DNA of 64,000 nt from Eledone cirrhosa (lineage: Eukaryota), in contig OZ024742.1 of NCBI GenBank assembly GCA_964016885.1, forward strand, positions 144,460,001-144,524,000, given 5' to 3'. A model generated the notes under the pieces. The model was not told where the DNA came from. It was given only the letters and a program-made list of their open reading frames with translations, and ran no database searches. The stretch's first letter is position 1, and each line of letters opens with the position of its first letter. Positions 11,830-23,929 of this stretch are shown in pieces. The position numbers and the translations under genes are program-made.

Positions 11830-14800
11830 AGCATGAACCTCTCGAACAAAGATGAAAAGTTGACCCATGCCTAGAAGCTCATCAAGCAAGAGCAAACCTG
11901 GGCCAACCTAACTGTCCCAGTAGAAGCTATTGAAGCAGTGGAGCGCAGAACGGTGCATTACAGATGCATCTCAGCAGAAACCAAGAGGGCAGCTTTAATT
12001 CCACAAGCAGATGTCGAAGTCGCGCTGTGGTGCATCAGGGATGAACACCGAATACATAGCGAGGGGCAGACAATACGGCACCATTTCAGTGCTGTTTAAG
12101 TCAGAAGCCCTCGCTATGAAACACGCTATGACACCTTGCAAAACCAGCAAGGTCATAATGTACCCCTCCCACCAGGACTTGACATCTAGTGGCTTCTGGG
12201 ATGTGTAATTGTGGAGGAAACGGATACCGTCCCGATAGAAGTAACAAGAAGTGCCAGAGAGGACTGGTCCGGGGTTGACCTGGAGATACTCCTGGAGAAT
12301 GTCAAAACAGTCCTGGACCACATCCGTCTTCATTCATATTATGACTGAGGGCAAAAGGCCGCATTGTTTCGTTTGTGGGGAAAAAACCCATTTGCGAGCC
12401 TTCTGCCCTCAACTGCTGAAAGATGCAAGGGGTCGAAGGGCTCCACTGTTGCCGACGCCGGGGCGAGGACCACAACCTCACCAGCAACAACACCAATAGA
12501 AAGACCACCACTAACATTGACCACCCAGGGGGGAAACGAGGAAAGTTGTCAAATCCCCCCCCCCCCCCAAAAAAAAATACACACATCAATAAAAATATAA
12601 ACACACACACAGATACAGACACACTTACAGACACAGACCCCTCATCTACCAATAGTGAAGATGAGGGAAAACCAAAATCCCCCAAAATACATAAAGGAAA
12701 CACAAAAAGAAGAAAAAAAACTCAACAAAGCACAAAATCACCCACAATAAAAAATACAGACATCACTCACGCAAACATCTCCCCAACAACACCAACATCA
12801 ACACCACCATCACCATCACCATCACCAGAATCTCCCAAACGCAAACAACCTAAACAGACGCAAGAACAAATACACACACAAACATCTGAAACCACAGACA
12901 CCGAACTCACAACAAACACAGACACAACCGAAACAACACCATCAAAACCATCACCACCACAGCCACGTAAACAAATAAAATCTCACCAACAAAAAATACA
13001 AAACTTGGTGCTCGTCAGGACGGCTAACAAGGAACTGATGGCCCTCGTAGCACAAAGTGAACAAATACAAAAAGAGGGGGAAATTTTTAAATCGAGCACA
13101 TTTCGTGTGCCGGAAGATTTGTTTCTGGTGCGAATGTCGCTCGATTTATACAAAGAAATACGAGACAGCTTTCCTCGGGACGTGGGAATCCCGAACGTAA
13201 AACCCACTTCAAGACTTTTAAAGGGGTTCCCAAAAGAAACCCCACCAACTATGGAGGTCGAACCAACAAACCTTCACAAGAGCACGGAAGGTAAGTAAAC
13301 CTTTTCTCTCTCTTTTACCCTGCCAACATGGCCGTATAAAGAGTAGGAAGTTTAAATGTTAGAGGCCTGGGATCGTCCTGGAAGCAGGGTCACCTGCTCA
13401 ACGACCTCAGGTCTCTAGAAATGGATGTAATTGCCGTCAGCGAGACCAGGATTTCCGACACGCACGCACTAGCCCCTATTTTCGATGACTATCAGATCTT
13501 CGCATCTGTTAGTCGGCCGGGAATGGGAAGTGGGGTGGCAGTGCTGTTTAGGAAAAGGCCTCTTGGATCTCGAGGTAAGGTCGATCTTTCAGGACCGGGG
13601 CGGTAAGTTGGTGGTCCTGGACGTGAACAATAACGAAGGTGGTGCCTTTAGACTGGTGGCCGTCTACGCCCCTACTGGGGCAGGACGGCCGGACTTCTTT
13701 AGACGCCTGGAAGCCTTTCTGGGTACGTCTCGCCCTTTACTGTTAGCGGGGGACTGAAACGGCATCTCAGACGCACACTGGGACTGTGTGGGAGTATCCG
13801 ATAGGAGCGGGGACTGCAAAAGTCTCAAGTACCTGATCAGCCAGTTCCAACTATCTGACAGGTACTGACTAGATTTCCCTAATGCGCCAGTGTGGACCTG
13901 GACTAACCGCATAGGGTCATCTAGATCGTATATAGACAGGATATTCATTAGGAAAATAGACAGAAATAGTGTAAGCTGTCCACGTTTTAAAACGGTCGCC
14001 TTTCAGATCACAAGTTTGTGATCTGTATGGTCGACCGAGATAAGACGCGTAGGTTAGGACCTGGTTACTGGAAGCTGAACATGTCATTTCCGGCACGTAA
14101 GGCTTATAGGGACCGGGTCAACAATTTAGTTAAGAAAAAGTTGACAGGGGCAGTCGTCAACAATAGATGGTGGGGTGCTCTTAAAAGAGAGATTAGAGTA
14201 ATGTCAATAGAATTTAGCAAAGAAGTAGCGTTAGAGAAAAATAGAAAGGAGGGGGAGTTGGTAAATAAGTTAGACGAGGCTATTTCTAGTGGCATTGCAA
14301 CTGACGTGCTAGCAGCGAGAATGGCGTTAGATCATTTCTTCAATGCGAAACACGAATGTCGCAAATCGCGGGGGCAAACATAATACCGATAACTCATCGT
14401 CATCTATTATTGTGTTGCCGTATATATTTGTGTTGTTGTTGTTGTTGAACTCATCCGTTAATGAGGTGTCGGCCATATTTATACCGTCAATTTTGTCGGG
14501 ATGTCTATTGGTATTCTCTATAGTATCCTGATTTAGCTTTATCTGCTTAAGCCACTTTAGTTTCTTGTTAAAGTGCTTATCACATTCTTGAGTAATGTAC
14601 TGTTCTTCAGGACGTATAAGGCTTATAAATATCAGTTTCTCACTTGGTGTGGTGATCCTAGCTATTTCTTGTATTAGGTTACGCTTATGTTTTTCTTGAT
14701 GACTTAATTCTCTATAGATCTTCTTTTTTATGTTTAGAATTAGTGTTCGTTTTAGCCTATCTGCTTGTTTTTTGGTGAGTTGTAATCTTCTTACGTCGGT

Positions 14801-15961
14801 GTTGATGGTGTTGGTGTAAACTCGGGACGAGGCACATTCTTTTATGAAGTGTAGTTGTCGAGATGTTATGGTTTTTCGTAGACAACAGAACATGGTGGTT
14901 TTCAGTATCTTGTTAGCCTGGCTAAGGCTTACGATATTTCGTTTCTGAATTTGTTCAGGAAGATTCTTTATCTTAAATCGTGTGTCAGAGCTAAGGCGTG
15001 CATTGTCAGAGCTAAGGCGCGTGCTCTGAGAAACGAGGGAACCAAAGTTGGTAGATGGGCCCGCGTGACAGAGGGGCAGCGTGGTAATAAAAGCACGATT
15101 CGGTCATTGACGGACCGAGACGGACACGAGCCGAGCGATTCCAAGCGGATGTGTGAGGCCTTTCGCCAACATTTTGCTCGGTTGTTCGGGGTAAGTGGCG
15201 GGTTAGAATCGGTGGCGGACTTCAGTCCCTACCCCTATGGCAGGCACGGAAGTGGTGTCAGACGGACCTGTCCGAGATGCGTGCAGAGCGACGAAACCGT
15301 TCTACACGCACTCGTCCAGTGTCCGTGCATTACTGACTTGTGGAATTACATCAAACAACTTTTGTCGCGTGTAGAACAGATCCGGCTATCGACCGAGTCC
15401 ATAATGAAGATAGACCCGCCGCCTACTTCTGGCCAGGAAGGGCAGGCAATTTTCCTCTATCTGGTGGCAGTAGCGAAAGAGGTTGTATGGGGGACTAGGT
15501 TGAAAGGACTGAAGACAGACACTTTTCTCTTCGGCCAATCCCTCATCAACTTTTTCAAGTTTCACTTGGAAAGGAATGTGAGGGTGGAGAGAGAAGTGCT
15601 GCCCCCCAGTACATTTGCTGAAAGGTGAGTGAATGTGGCGAGAATGGCCCGTGTGAGTGGGCCTACTCTGATCATGCGCCTGTAGGTGGGTAAATTTGAG
15701 GAGGAGAGGGGTGCCCTTCTCGGGTGCTCTCGAAGCGTCGGGTCGTTCAGGATTGGTGGGGTACCCGAGTGAACCCTGGGTGGTCATCCCCCCTATTGAG
15801 GAATTTTTCTTGTTGTATTTTCTTGTTACTTTGTTATTGTTATTTATATTGTTTACACGTTGTATACGTATATGTAAACAACCACTGTCCCAGTCTTTTG
15901 TATTGTCCCCTATATGTCGGCTCTTGTGGCCAATAAATGAAATCATTATTATTATTATTAT
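11830..15961 (+). mobile_element. Decayed L1/Tx1-clade LINE: ORF1, APE, inserted PLE fragment, RT deleted, (ATT)n tail
   Basis: ORF1 zinc knuckle CFVCGEKTHLRAFC and a T/P-rich region. ORF2 starts at 13328 (LNVRGL, SETR, YAP, GDW, SDH, GPGYWKLN). C-terminal CPRC..ETVLHALVQC. Ends gccaataaa..(att)n. Homologous to 32470-37062. Confidence 0.9.
14357..14980 (-). mobile_element. Fragment of a Penelope-like ORF N-terminal region inserted in the Tx1 ORF2
   Basis: Interrupts AKHE|..CIVRAKAR. The ORF ends IDDDELSVLCLPPRFA, resembling the PLE pre-RT motif LxxxExxVLxxGPKF. Confidence 0.55.
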
Positions 15962-15962
15962 T

Positions 15963-16490
15963 TTTCTTTGAGTCTCAGTCATTGATGTTATTTAACTGGA
16001 AAGTTTGTTGAAATGAATATCAAGCCGCCACCTGCAGCCTCAGACATTCAGGACGTATCGGAGGGTTCTTGCTGTTCCCAGCAAGCATGCATTTTGAAGT
16101 GTTCCAAAAAGCGGGGCTGGACTAATCTTCTTTAACCATCCTTGGAAACTCTTTGAGATAGTACCTAGTGCGCCTATGACAATCGGGACGACCTTGATTT
16201 CATGGCAGTTCCAAATCCTTTTTAACTGCCACTTTAAATCCTGGTATCGGTTAATCAGGCACGATCTTTTTTCCTTATCCAAAACCACCAGGTCAGGTCG
16301 ATTGTGTTCCGGTTTCTTGTCCGTCTGTATCCTAAAATCCCATAGCACCTTCACCTGATCATTTTCTATCACCGACTCTGGCTTATGCTCAAACCACTTC
16401 TCAGAATGTGGTAAATTGTTTACTTTGCATAGATGCCAGTGGATCACCCTGCCGATCACATCATGTCTCCAGCCTTTATAGTGAGTCTGG
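15963..16490 (-). mobile_element. R4/Dong-type RLE LINE, short 3' fragment
   Basis: DFRIQTD..NRPDLVV...PIVIGALG. Near-identical to the 3' end of 23930-25537. Flanked by (ATT)n. Confidence 0.85.
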
Positions 16491-16509
16491 ATTATTATTA
16501 TTATTTTTA

Positions 16510-19500
16510 TTTTCTTTCATTATTGTTTCTGAGATATATGCCGAGTGTCTTCCTGACACCTAGGGCAAATAAATTCACAGTGTGCATTGGTAAGCCAGTT
16601 AATACAGCACATTGATTATAATTAAAAAAACAAAACAAAAAAACAGTATACATATATACACATGTGCATATGCATATCTAAATACAAGGAGGGATATCAA
16701 TCTTACAGAGATAGTCCTCTTCTCAATACGTGTGCAGTACCAGTCAAAACAATTTGTTTGCACCTCGTACAGAGAGGGTAAACGAGGAATCATTCGCAAA
16801 TATTGTTCTGTTCCTTTCTTGATCATTCCCAGTCCTCCCACAACCACTGGTATTATAACGACCTTGAGGTGCCACATTTTCTCAATTTCAATAAGCAGAT
16901 TTTTATATTTTCGTAGCTTGTCAAATTCTTTTGCCGTGATATTGTGATCACATGGGATGCTTATATCTATCAATAAACAGACCTTGTTATGTTGATCTTT
17001 TACAATGATGTCAAGTCTATTTGCTTTTATGGTCCTGTCAGTATGTGCAGGAAAGTCCCAGAGAATTGTTACTTTTTCTCCTTCAGTTACAGCCTCAGGG
17101 TGTCGATTGTACCACTTGTCTTCAGCTTTGATTTTGAAATGCCGACATATTAACCAGTGTAGATATTGGCCAACTCTGTCATGTCTATATTTGTATTGTA
17201 CTGGTGCTAAAACTTTACATCCAGAGACTAAGTGATCCAATGTTTCAACCTCAGCATTGCAGAATCGGCACTTTGGGTTTATTCCGTTTCTCATCACACT
17301 GGCCTGATAATTAAGAGTCAATAAGCTTTGATCTTGGGCAGCTAAGATGAAGCCTCCACTCTCTGCCTTTAGAGTAGCCACTGATGGGTGTGCTTTTGGT
17401 CAACATCAGCTTGTTTGCTACGGGCCACATATTTGCAATGCAGAGGTTTCTGCTCCCAATTTGATGCTAATTGTCCTTCCCCTTTTGCTTTTGCCAGTGA
17501 GTTTATGTGCCTAGCAGCATCAGTTGCAACAGTTTCTTTAGTCTGTCCAGCCTGGGTATCAAGCATGACATCAGTAGCATATTTTTTGCTCTCCTTCAAG
17601 ATAGAATGAAGCTTCTTACTTCTCTCATGCTTTTCAACAAGTTTCAACATACAGTCCTTAGTTGTTTCAAGGTATTTGGCCAGTCCAATGATGGTGGTCT
17701 TGTAAGCAAGTTCAAATTGGATCAGGCCACGGCCTCCTTGAATTCTAGGAAGGTAAAGACGATCCACATCTGCTTTTGGGTGGTGCATCCTATTACAGGG
17801 CAGTAGCTTACGGACTTTGGTGTCGATTCTTTTGATTTCACTCATATTCCAGTTCAAGCTATAAGTGACAACTGGGACTGCCAAGGAATTTATGGCTAGC
17901 ACCTTGTTACGAGCGTTTAGTTCTGATCTCAGAACTGCACGTACTCTCCTGTAACATTCTTTCCTTATCCTCTCTTTCATATTTGCATGCTGTATGCCAG
18001 AGCCCTCATTAATCCCTAAGTATTTATGTTTGTTCCTGCTCAAGTTCCTTTATGATTGTTTCAGCATCCAATTCAACTGAGTCTGAGTTGACAAGCTTCC
18101 TCTTCTTGAAAGTGGCTTTTGCACACTTGAAAATGGCTTTTGCACACTTGTCAAGTTCAAACTCCATCCTGATGTCATCGCTAAACGTTTATACTGTCAG
18201 CAAAAGGCCTTCCAGTTCGTCATTATCTTTGCAATATAGCTTCAAATCATCCATATAAAATAGGTGGCTTATTTTTTTTGTTATTGTCAATTCTATAACC
18301 GTACCCTGTTCTATTAAGTTCGGATGTAAGGGGTATTAAAGCTATGCAGAAAAGCAAGGGTGAAAGTGAGTCACCTTGGAATATACCTCAGTTGATGTTT
18401 ATATTCCTAGAGCACAGTACCCCAGTGGAATGAGTCAATTGGAGATTTGTGTTCCATAATGACATATTGTGTTTCAGGAAGTTTGAGATCACAGGTGAGA
18501 TTTTGAAGATGTCCAGTGATTTCAGAATCCATGAGTGTGGTATGCTGTCAAAGGCTTTTTTTTTATAATCGATCCATGCAGAACTGAGATTTCTGTGTTT
18601 ATTATGACAGTTCTCAGGGATCATACGATTAATCAAAACTTGATCTTTGCAACCATGTGAACCTCGTCGGCACCCTCTTTGTTCAATGGGGAAAAGATTG
18701 TTCTCCTCCAAAAACACGTATGCTTTTTCCATGAGAATAGAGGTTAATAGTTTATAAGTGGTGGACAAGCAGGTTATGGGCCGATAGTTTTTTGGATCTT
18801 TGGTTTCGTTGCTCTTTGGTAGAAGGTAGGTAATGCCACTTGCTATCCAATCAGGTGTATATTTTGGATCTTTTATGATTCCATTAAACAGCTTGACCAA
18901 TATATTGTGAGTGCACGGGAGTGAGGAAAGCCAGAAATTTGGTACCCTGTCTCTACCAGGAGATTTCCATTTATGAGATTTATTGAGTGCTGTTCTTAAG
19001 TCCGCTATAGAGATGTCTTCTCATGCCTGTTCTTCTAAATTTGTGTAGGATTTTTCCAGGAGACTAATCCAATCTACATTAGCATTATATGTCTTTTCAT
19101 CATTCCAAATCTTACTCCAGAAGTTTTCAACATTTTCTATGGTCTTCAATAATTAATTTTTTCTTCACTACTTCTCTATAAAATGACTTGGCATTGGATG
19201 AGAACAATTTATTTTGCCTGTAGAAGTCGTTTCGCTTCTCGAATCTACGAATTCGTTGGGCTTTTCCTTGGACTTTTTGTTTCAGAGATTCTTTTGTTGA
19301 AACTATTGCTTCTCTAGAAGACAGTCCATATTTTCTCTTTAGCTTTCTTACCTTCTTGGATCTTATATCATTTCCAGCAGTTAACTCACTCAATAAAGAT
19401 ATTTCTCCTCCCACTACGTCAAACTCCTTTTCGATTCTACTCCTCCAAATTGGTTTACCTCGAAGGTTCGACTATTTTTGTTTTTTTGGTGGTAAACACC

Positions 19501-20645
19501 TTGTTTCAATTACTCTAGCAGATGCATAAATGATTTCATTTAACTCAGTAAGATCAGGTTCTAGTTCTTCTATGATTTCTTTTGTCACAGAATTACCAAT
19601 CATTATTTGTTATTGGCAGTGTCGGTAGAGGGTTGGACGCCATGCTTTCTAGCATAGTTACGTCCCTTTACGATCTGAGTTCAAATCCCGCCGAGGTTAA
19701 CTTTGCCTTTCATCCTTACGGGGTCGATAAAATAAAGTACTAGTAATGTACTGGGTAATTGCTGGCCTTGTGCCTAAAGTAGAAACAATTATTTGTTGTA
19801 TTTGGGAGTTTTTGAAATGGTTCTCTATCATTTATTCTAGAATGTCTTACTACTGCAAGCTCATTCAGTATTTTTTGCTTTAATTCCTTCATAGTCTCCC
19901 CGCGTTCTTCAGCAGATGTTTGGTTTTCAATTACTGTTTCTAAGTCCCCCTCCTGGCTATTTTACGCGGGTTCAATAGGGCTTCTCATTTCTACAAACCT
20001 ATTTGTGATTTGGTCAGATGGAGGTCTTTCAGTAAAGACTTGTGACTGGTTACTATCTCCAGGATATTCTTCAGTTCTTTCATCATTTATATTTATGTCA
20101 TTCTCCACAGCCTGTGAGATCGCAGTTAGTTCAGTGTCTCTGAGTCTATTATTTCTGAAGATATACCTCCTTACATTTGCCAACTTATATCCATCCATAT
20201 CACGTCTGCTAGCTTGATTCCGAGTTTTCCAGATTTTATAGGAGTTTAAAGTGTGTCTGTCTAGTGATGGCTTACCTAATGCATAGTAATATGCATATGT
20301 TACTTTATACTCTTCTCGGATCTATTTCCTCCTTTTAGGTTTTTCTTTTTAAGGTGGTTTGGGTGGTGGATCTGGAGGGCTCGAGTTGGGGCAATCCCCG
20401 ATCAAGTGACCATCCAGGTCCATAATTGGAGAAGAGTTTGTGCCAGAGGACGACTTTTCGATCTCAGGTTGGCACCTTCCTGAGGGACGCGTTTCCTGAT
20501 TAACCATAGGAAAAGCGATTTGGTATTGTGTATTAATTTTTATTTGTTCATCTCGCAGTACATGCTTGCGTTACGCATGGTATTGGACGTACATGGAAAG
20601 TTGCCCGGCTCTTTGGGTAGTGCATTTGCTGACTGGCACTGAGAT
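16510..20645 (-). mobile_element. Near full-length, frameshifted R4/Dong-type LINE (RT + CCHC + restriction-like endonuclease)
   Basis: PKNYRPITCL, WIDYKKAFDSIPH, FYMDDLK, YKYLG-like, CRFC..ETLDHLVSGC, RHD, NRLDII, IPVVVGGLG. ATT repeats at both ends. Confidence 0.9.
19613..19790 (+). mobile_element. SINE family 1 nested in the Dong element
   Basis: ttggcagtgtcggtagag (A-box-like)...gagttcaaatccc (B-box)...gcctttcatccttacggggtcgataaaataaagtac. The sequence attatttgtt is repeated at both flanks. Confidence 0.85.
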
Positions 20646-21377
20646 CATTATTACTATTATAACAGTATAGTTATGGTCATTGCTGTTGTTGATTGAGGTG
20701 ATATTGTTATGGTTGCAGCTGTAAGAGGTGTACGAGAATTTTCTCAACTGTTCTTGTGGTGTGAGTGGTGTTGGTGGTGGTGGCAGGGAGATTAATGCTG
20801 GGGGTGGGGGTGCTTGGAGGGGTAGTGGGTAGGTGACATTGTAGCTTATAGGATGTTATTTTCTGTCTATTTTGAGTTTGAGGTGTAAATGGGGTGCTAG
20901 TATTTTTTTCCCCTTTGTTTTGTCCTTTATGTGGGCTCCATACACATACATAAATATACCTTCACACGTGCATACTTATACACACGTATGTATATACACA
21001 CACATATATATATATATACCCACTCATTAGACACTGAGAAGGGAGGTAGGTACCAGTCAGTGACAGTAGTCTAAAAATAGATTGGGGATTTACTGGTGTG
21101 AATGTGTGAGGAAGTGGTTGTGAATGTGATGGTGGGAGAGAGAAGTGATCTTTCAACTGTCCATTTTCCTTTCAAAATCTGAAATTTAGCCACAATCGAC
21201 CAAAATGTAAAAAAAGAAGATTGTATTGGGGAAATATTAAAAAATATATATGCACCTTTCACATCTTCAGCCACAGAGATGATTGCATAATAATTAGTCA
21301 GATTTTTGATTAAACAGAACTATCCCCCGAAATAAACAGTGTGTTTTCCGATCTATGTCTGTTTCTTTTCTTCAAAT

Positions 21378-21565
21378 AATTGTTTCTACTTTAGGCACAA
21401 GGCCAGCAATTACTCAGTGCATTACTGGTACTTTATTTTATCGACCCCGTAAGGATGAAAGGCAAAGTCAACCTCGGCGGGATTTGAACTCAGATCGTAA
21501 AGGGACGTAACTATGCTGGAAAGCATGGCGTCCGACCCTCTACCGATACTGCCAATCTACCACCC
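21378..21565 (-). mobile_element. SINE family 1, full copy with TSD
   Basis: Reverse complement of 19613-19790. ttcttttcttcaaataat is duplicated on both sides. Confidence 0.85.
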
Positions 21566-22074
21566 TTCTTTTCTTCAAATAATAATATGTAAACAGCGAT
21601 TATAATGAGTAAATATATAAAAATATTTATGCACAACTAGTGTCAGATTATTTGTAGAGATAAGTGGTGAAATAATTTGTCGAATTTTCGTGTTAGGGAA
21701 TACCAAATTAAACAAAACTTACTCCTCGAAATAAGCAACGTGTGTCGTCCGATCTACGACTGTTTCTCTTCAAATAGTTTTTTTCTTTAAGTTCAAAGAG
21801 CGAACGTCTGTATATCTGCATGTTTGTTTTGTGTACATTTTTCGTTGTGTTTATAATACATGAATGTGTAATATAATCAATAGAGTTTGTTACTTACATA
21901 TATCGTTTTTCTTTTTGTTTTGATTTAACATTCTGAGTAGTGGCGCGGCTGATATTCAGTTTCTTTATTTACACATGTGGTCTGTTATTTTAATTAAGAA
22001 AATTATGTTATAAGGACGATCCGTGTACAAAACTTATTTTTTGTAGGCTTCTTTGGTATTCGTCCATTATGTTT

Positions 22075-23857
22075 CCACTTCGTTTGCTGAAAAGCCTCAC
22101 ACATCTGCTCGGGTTCGAGCAAACACGCGCCCGTTTTGGTCAGACAAAGACCGAATTGTGGCTTTGTTGCCACGTCGCGCCTCCGCCACCTGGGCCCATT
22201 GGACGGCTTTTGTCCCCTCGTGTTTCAGAGCACGCGCTCTAGCTCTGACAACGCAACCTTCGTGCTTTGCGTTGAAGAATTGGTCGAGTGTCAATCTCGC
22301 CGCAAGCATGTCGGTTGCGATGCCTGTCCTAAACACCTCTTCTAGCTTTCTGACTAGCTCTCCCTCTACTCTATTTTCCTCTATCACTACTCCTTTGCTA
22401 AACTTAATCGACTCTACTTTAATTGCCCTTTTCAGGTCGAACCACCACCTGTTGTTGACGACCGCTCTCGTCAACGCCCGCTTAACTAATACGCTAATCC
22501 GGTCTCTGTAGGCTTTGCGCGCCGGGAAAGACGCGTTCAGCTTCCAGTAACCAGGTCCTTGTCTATGAAGTCTGTCTATGTCGATCTCACAGATCACAAA
22601 TTTGTGGCCTGTGTAGTCGACTATTATAAATTGTGGACAACTTATACTAGCCTTATCTAGTTCTTTGCAGAATACCCCGAGGCTGCGACATCTCTGGTGC
22701 TCCCTTGACGGTGAACAGGTGTGGTCGCCGTTCGCCAGGCACGTTTTCCCAGAGCGCGTCTCCTTGACGGAGCTGCAGTCCTGGGTCAGAAAAAGACCGA
22801 GGGATAGCGCTTGGAAACTGGAATGTCTCCAGCGCTCACTGCCCTCTGCCATCTGGGCACCAGTATCGGTGGAACATCCACCTCGGCGTTCTATAGAGGA
22901 CTAGTGGAGGGGAAGAGCGACGACATTCTCGGAGAGATCCTGGACGTCGAAGAAGATCAGCTGTTCGCTCTCTTCCTGAGAACTTTCAGCCCGGGGCCTA
23001 TGGATAACTTCCAAAAATCCCTGGCCTGGCAGTGCTACCGGGGAGCGCTGCCGGTTCGAAATAAGCTCTACAGGCACGGAAGTGCCGTCAGCCGAGCCTG
23101 TCCGAGATGCGCGCAGAGCGACGAAACCGTCGTGCACGCACTCGTTCAGTGCCCGAGTATTGCTGACTTGTGGAGCTATGTCGAACAGTTGCTGTCGCGT
23201 GTGGGACTGATCCGGTTGTCGACTGAGTCCATTGTGCAGATGGTCTCGCCGTCTTCCTTCGAGAAGGAAGGGCAGGCGGTTTTCATCTGCCTGGTGGCCA
23301 TGGCGAAAGAGATTGTGTGGTGGACAAGGTTAAAAGGGTTAAAGACAGACACTTTCCTCTTCGGCGAATCCTTAATTAACTTTTTCAAGTTTCACTTGAA
23401 GAGGAAAATCAGGGTGGAGAGGCAAGTGCTGCTTTTTAGCAAGTTTGTTGATAGGTGGGTGAATGTAGCGAGAATGGTCCGAGTGAACGGAACCACTCTG
23501 AATATACGTCTGTAGTTTGAGAGATGGAAAAATTGAGAGATGGCGCTTGCCCTGGTGGGTCAGGGTGGCCGTGGCCTTTTGTGTGGTTTTCGCCACGAGT
23601 AACCCTCGGAGGTTTCCCCCCTATTGGGGAATTTTTCATTGTTTCAATTTTCATTTTTATTGTTTATATATATAAATGTTTCTATGTCCTTTTTTTTTCT
23701 TTTGTTATATAAATAATAAAAATATTTACACGCACAAAACCCACATCGTACCGTCTTGTACCGTCCTGTGCCGTCTGTAATGTTTTTCTTGATGTCAGCC
23801 CATGTGGCCAATAAAGAAATCATCATTATTATTATTATTATCATTATTATTATTATA

Positions 23858-23925
<68 letters not shown>
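22075..23925 (+). mobile_element. L1/Tx1 insertion with an inverted 5' segment and (ATT)n tail
   Basis: 22075-22670 (-) encodes the post-APE linker (GPGYWKLN..AKHEGCVVR). 22670-23515 (+) encodes the ORF2 C-terminus (CPRC..ETVVHALVQC). Ends gccaataaag then (att)n. Confidence 0.85.
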
Positions 23926-23926
<1 letters not shown>

Positions 23927-23929
23927 GTT

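Noticed and set aside
20540-20645. HDV-like ribozyme at the Dong 5' end
   Set aside because: I could not draw the nested double pseudoknot by eye. It needs a descriptor search.
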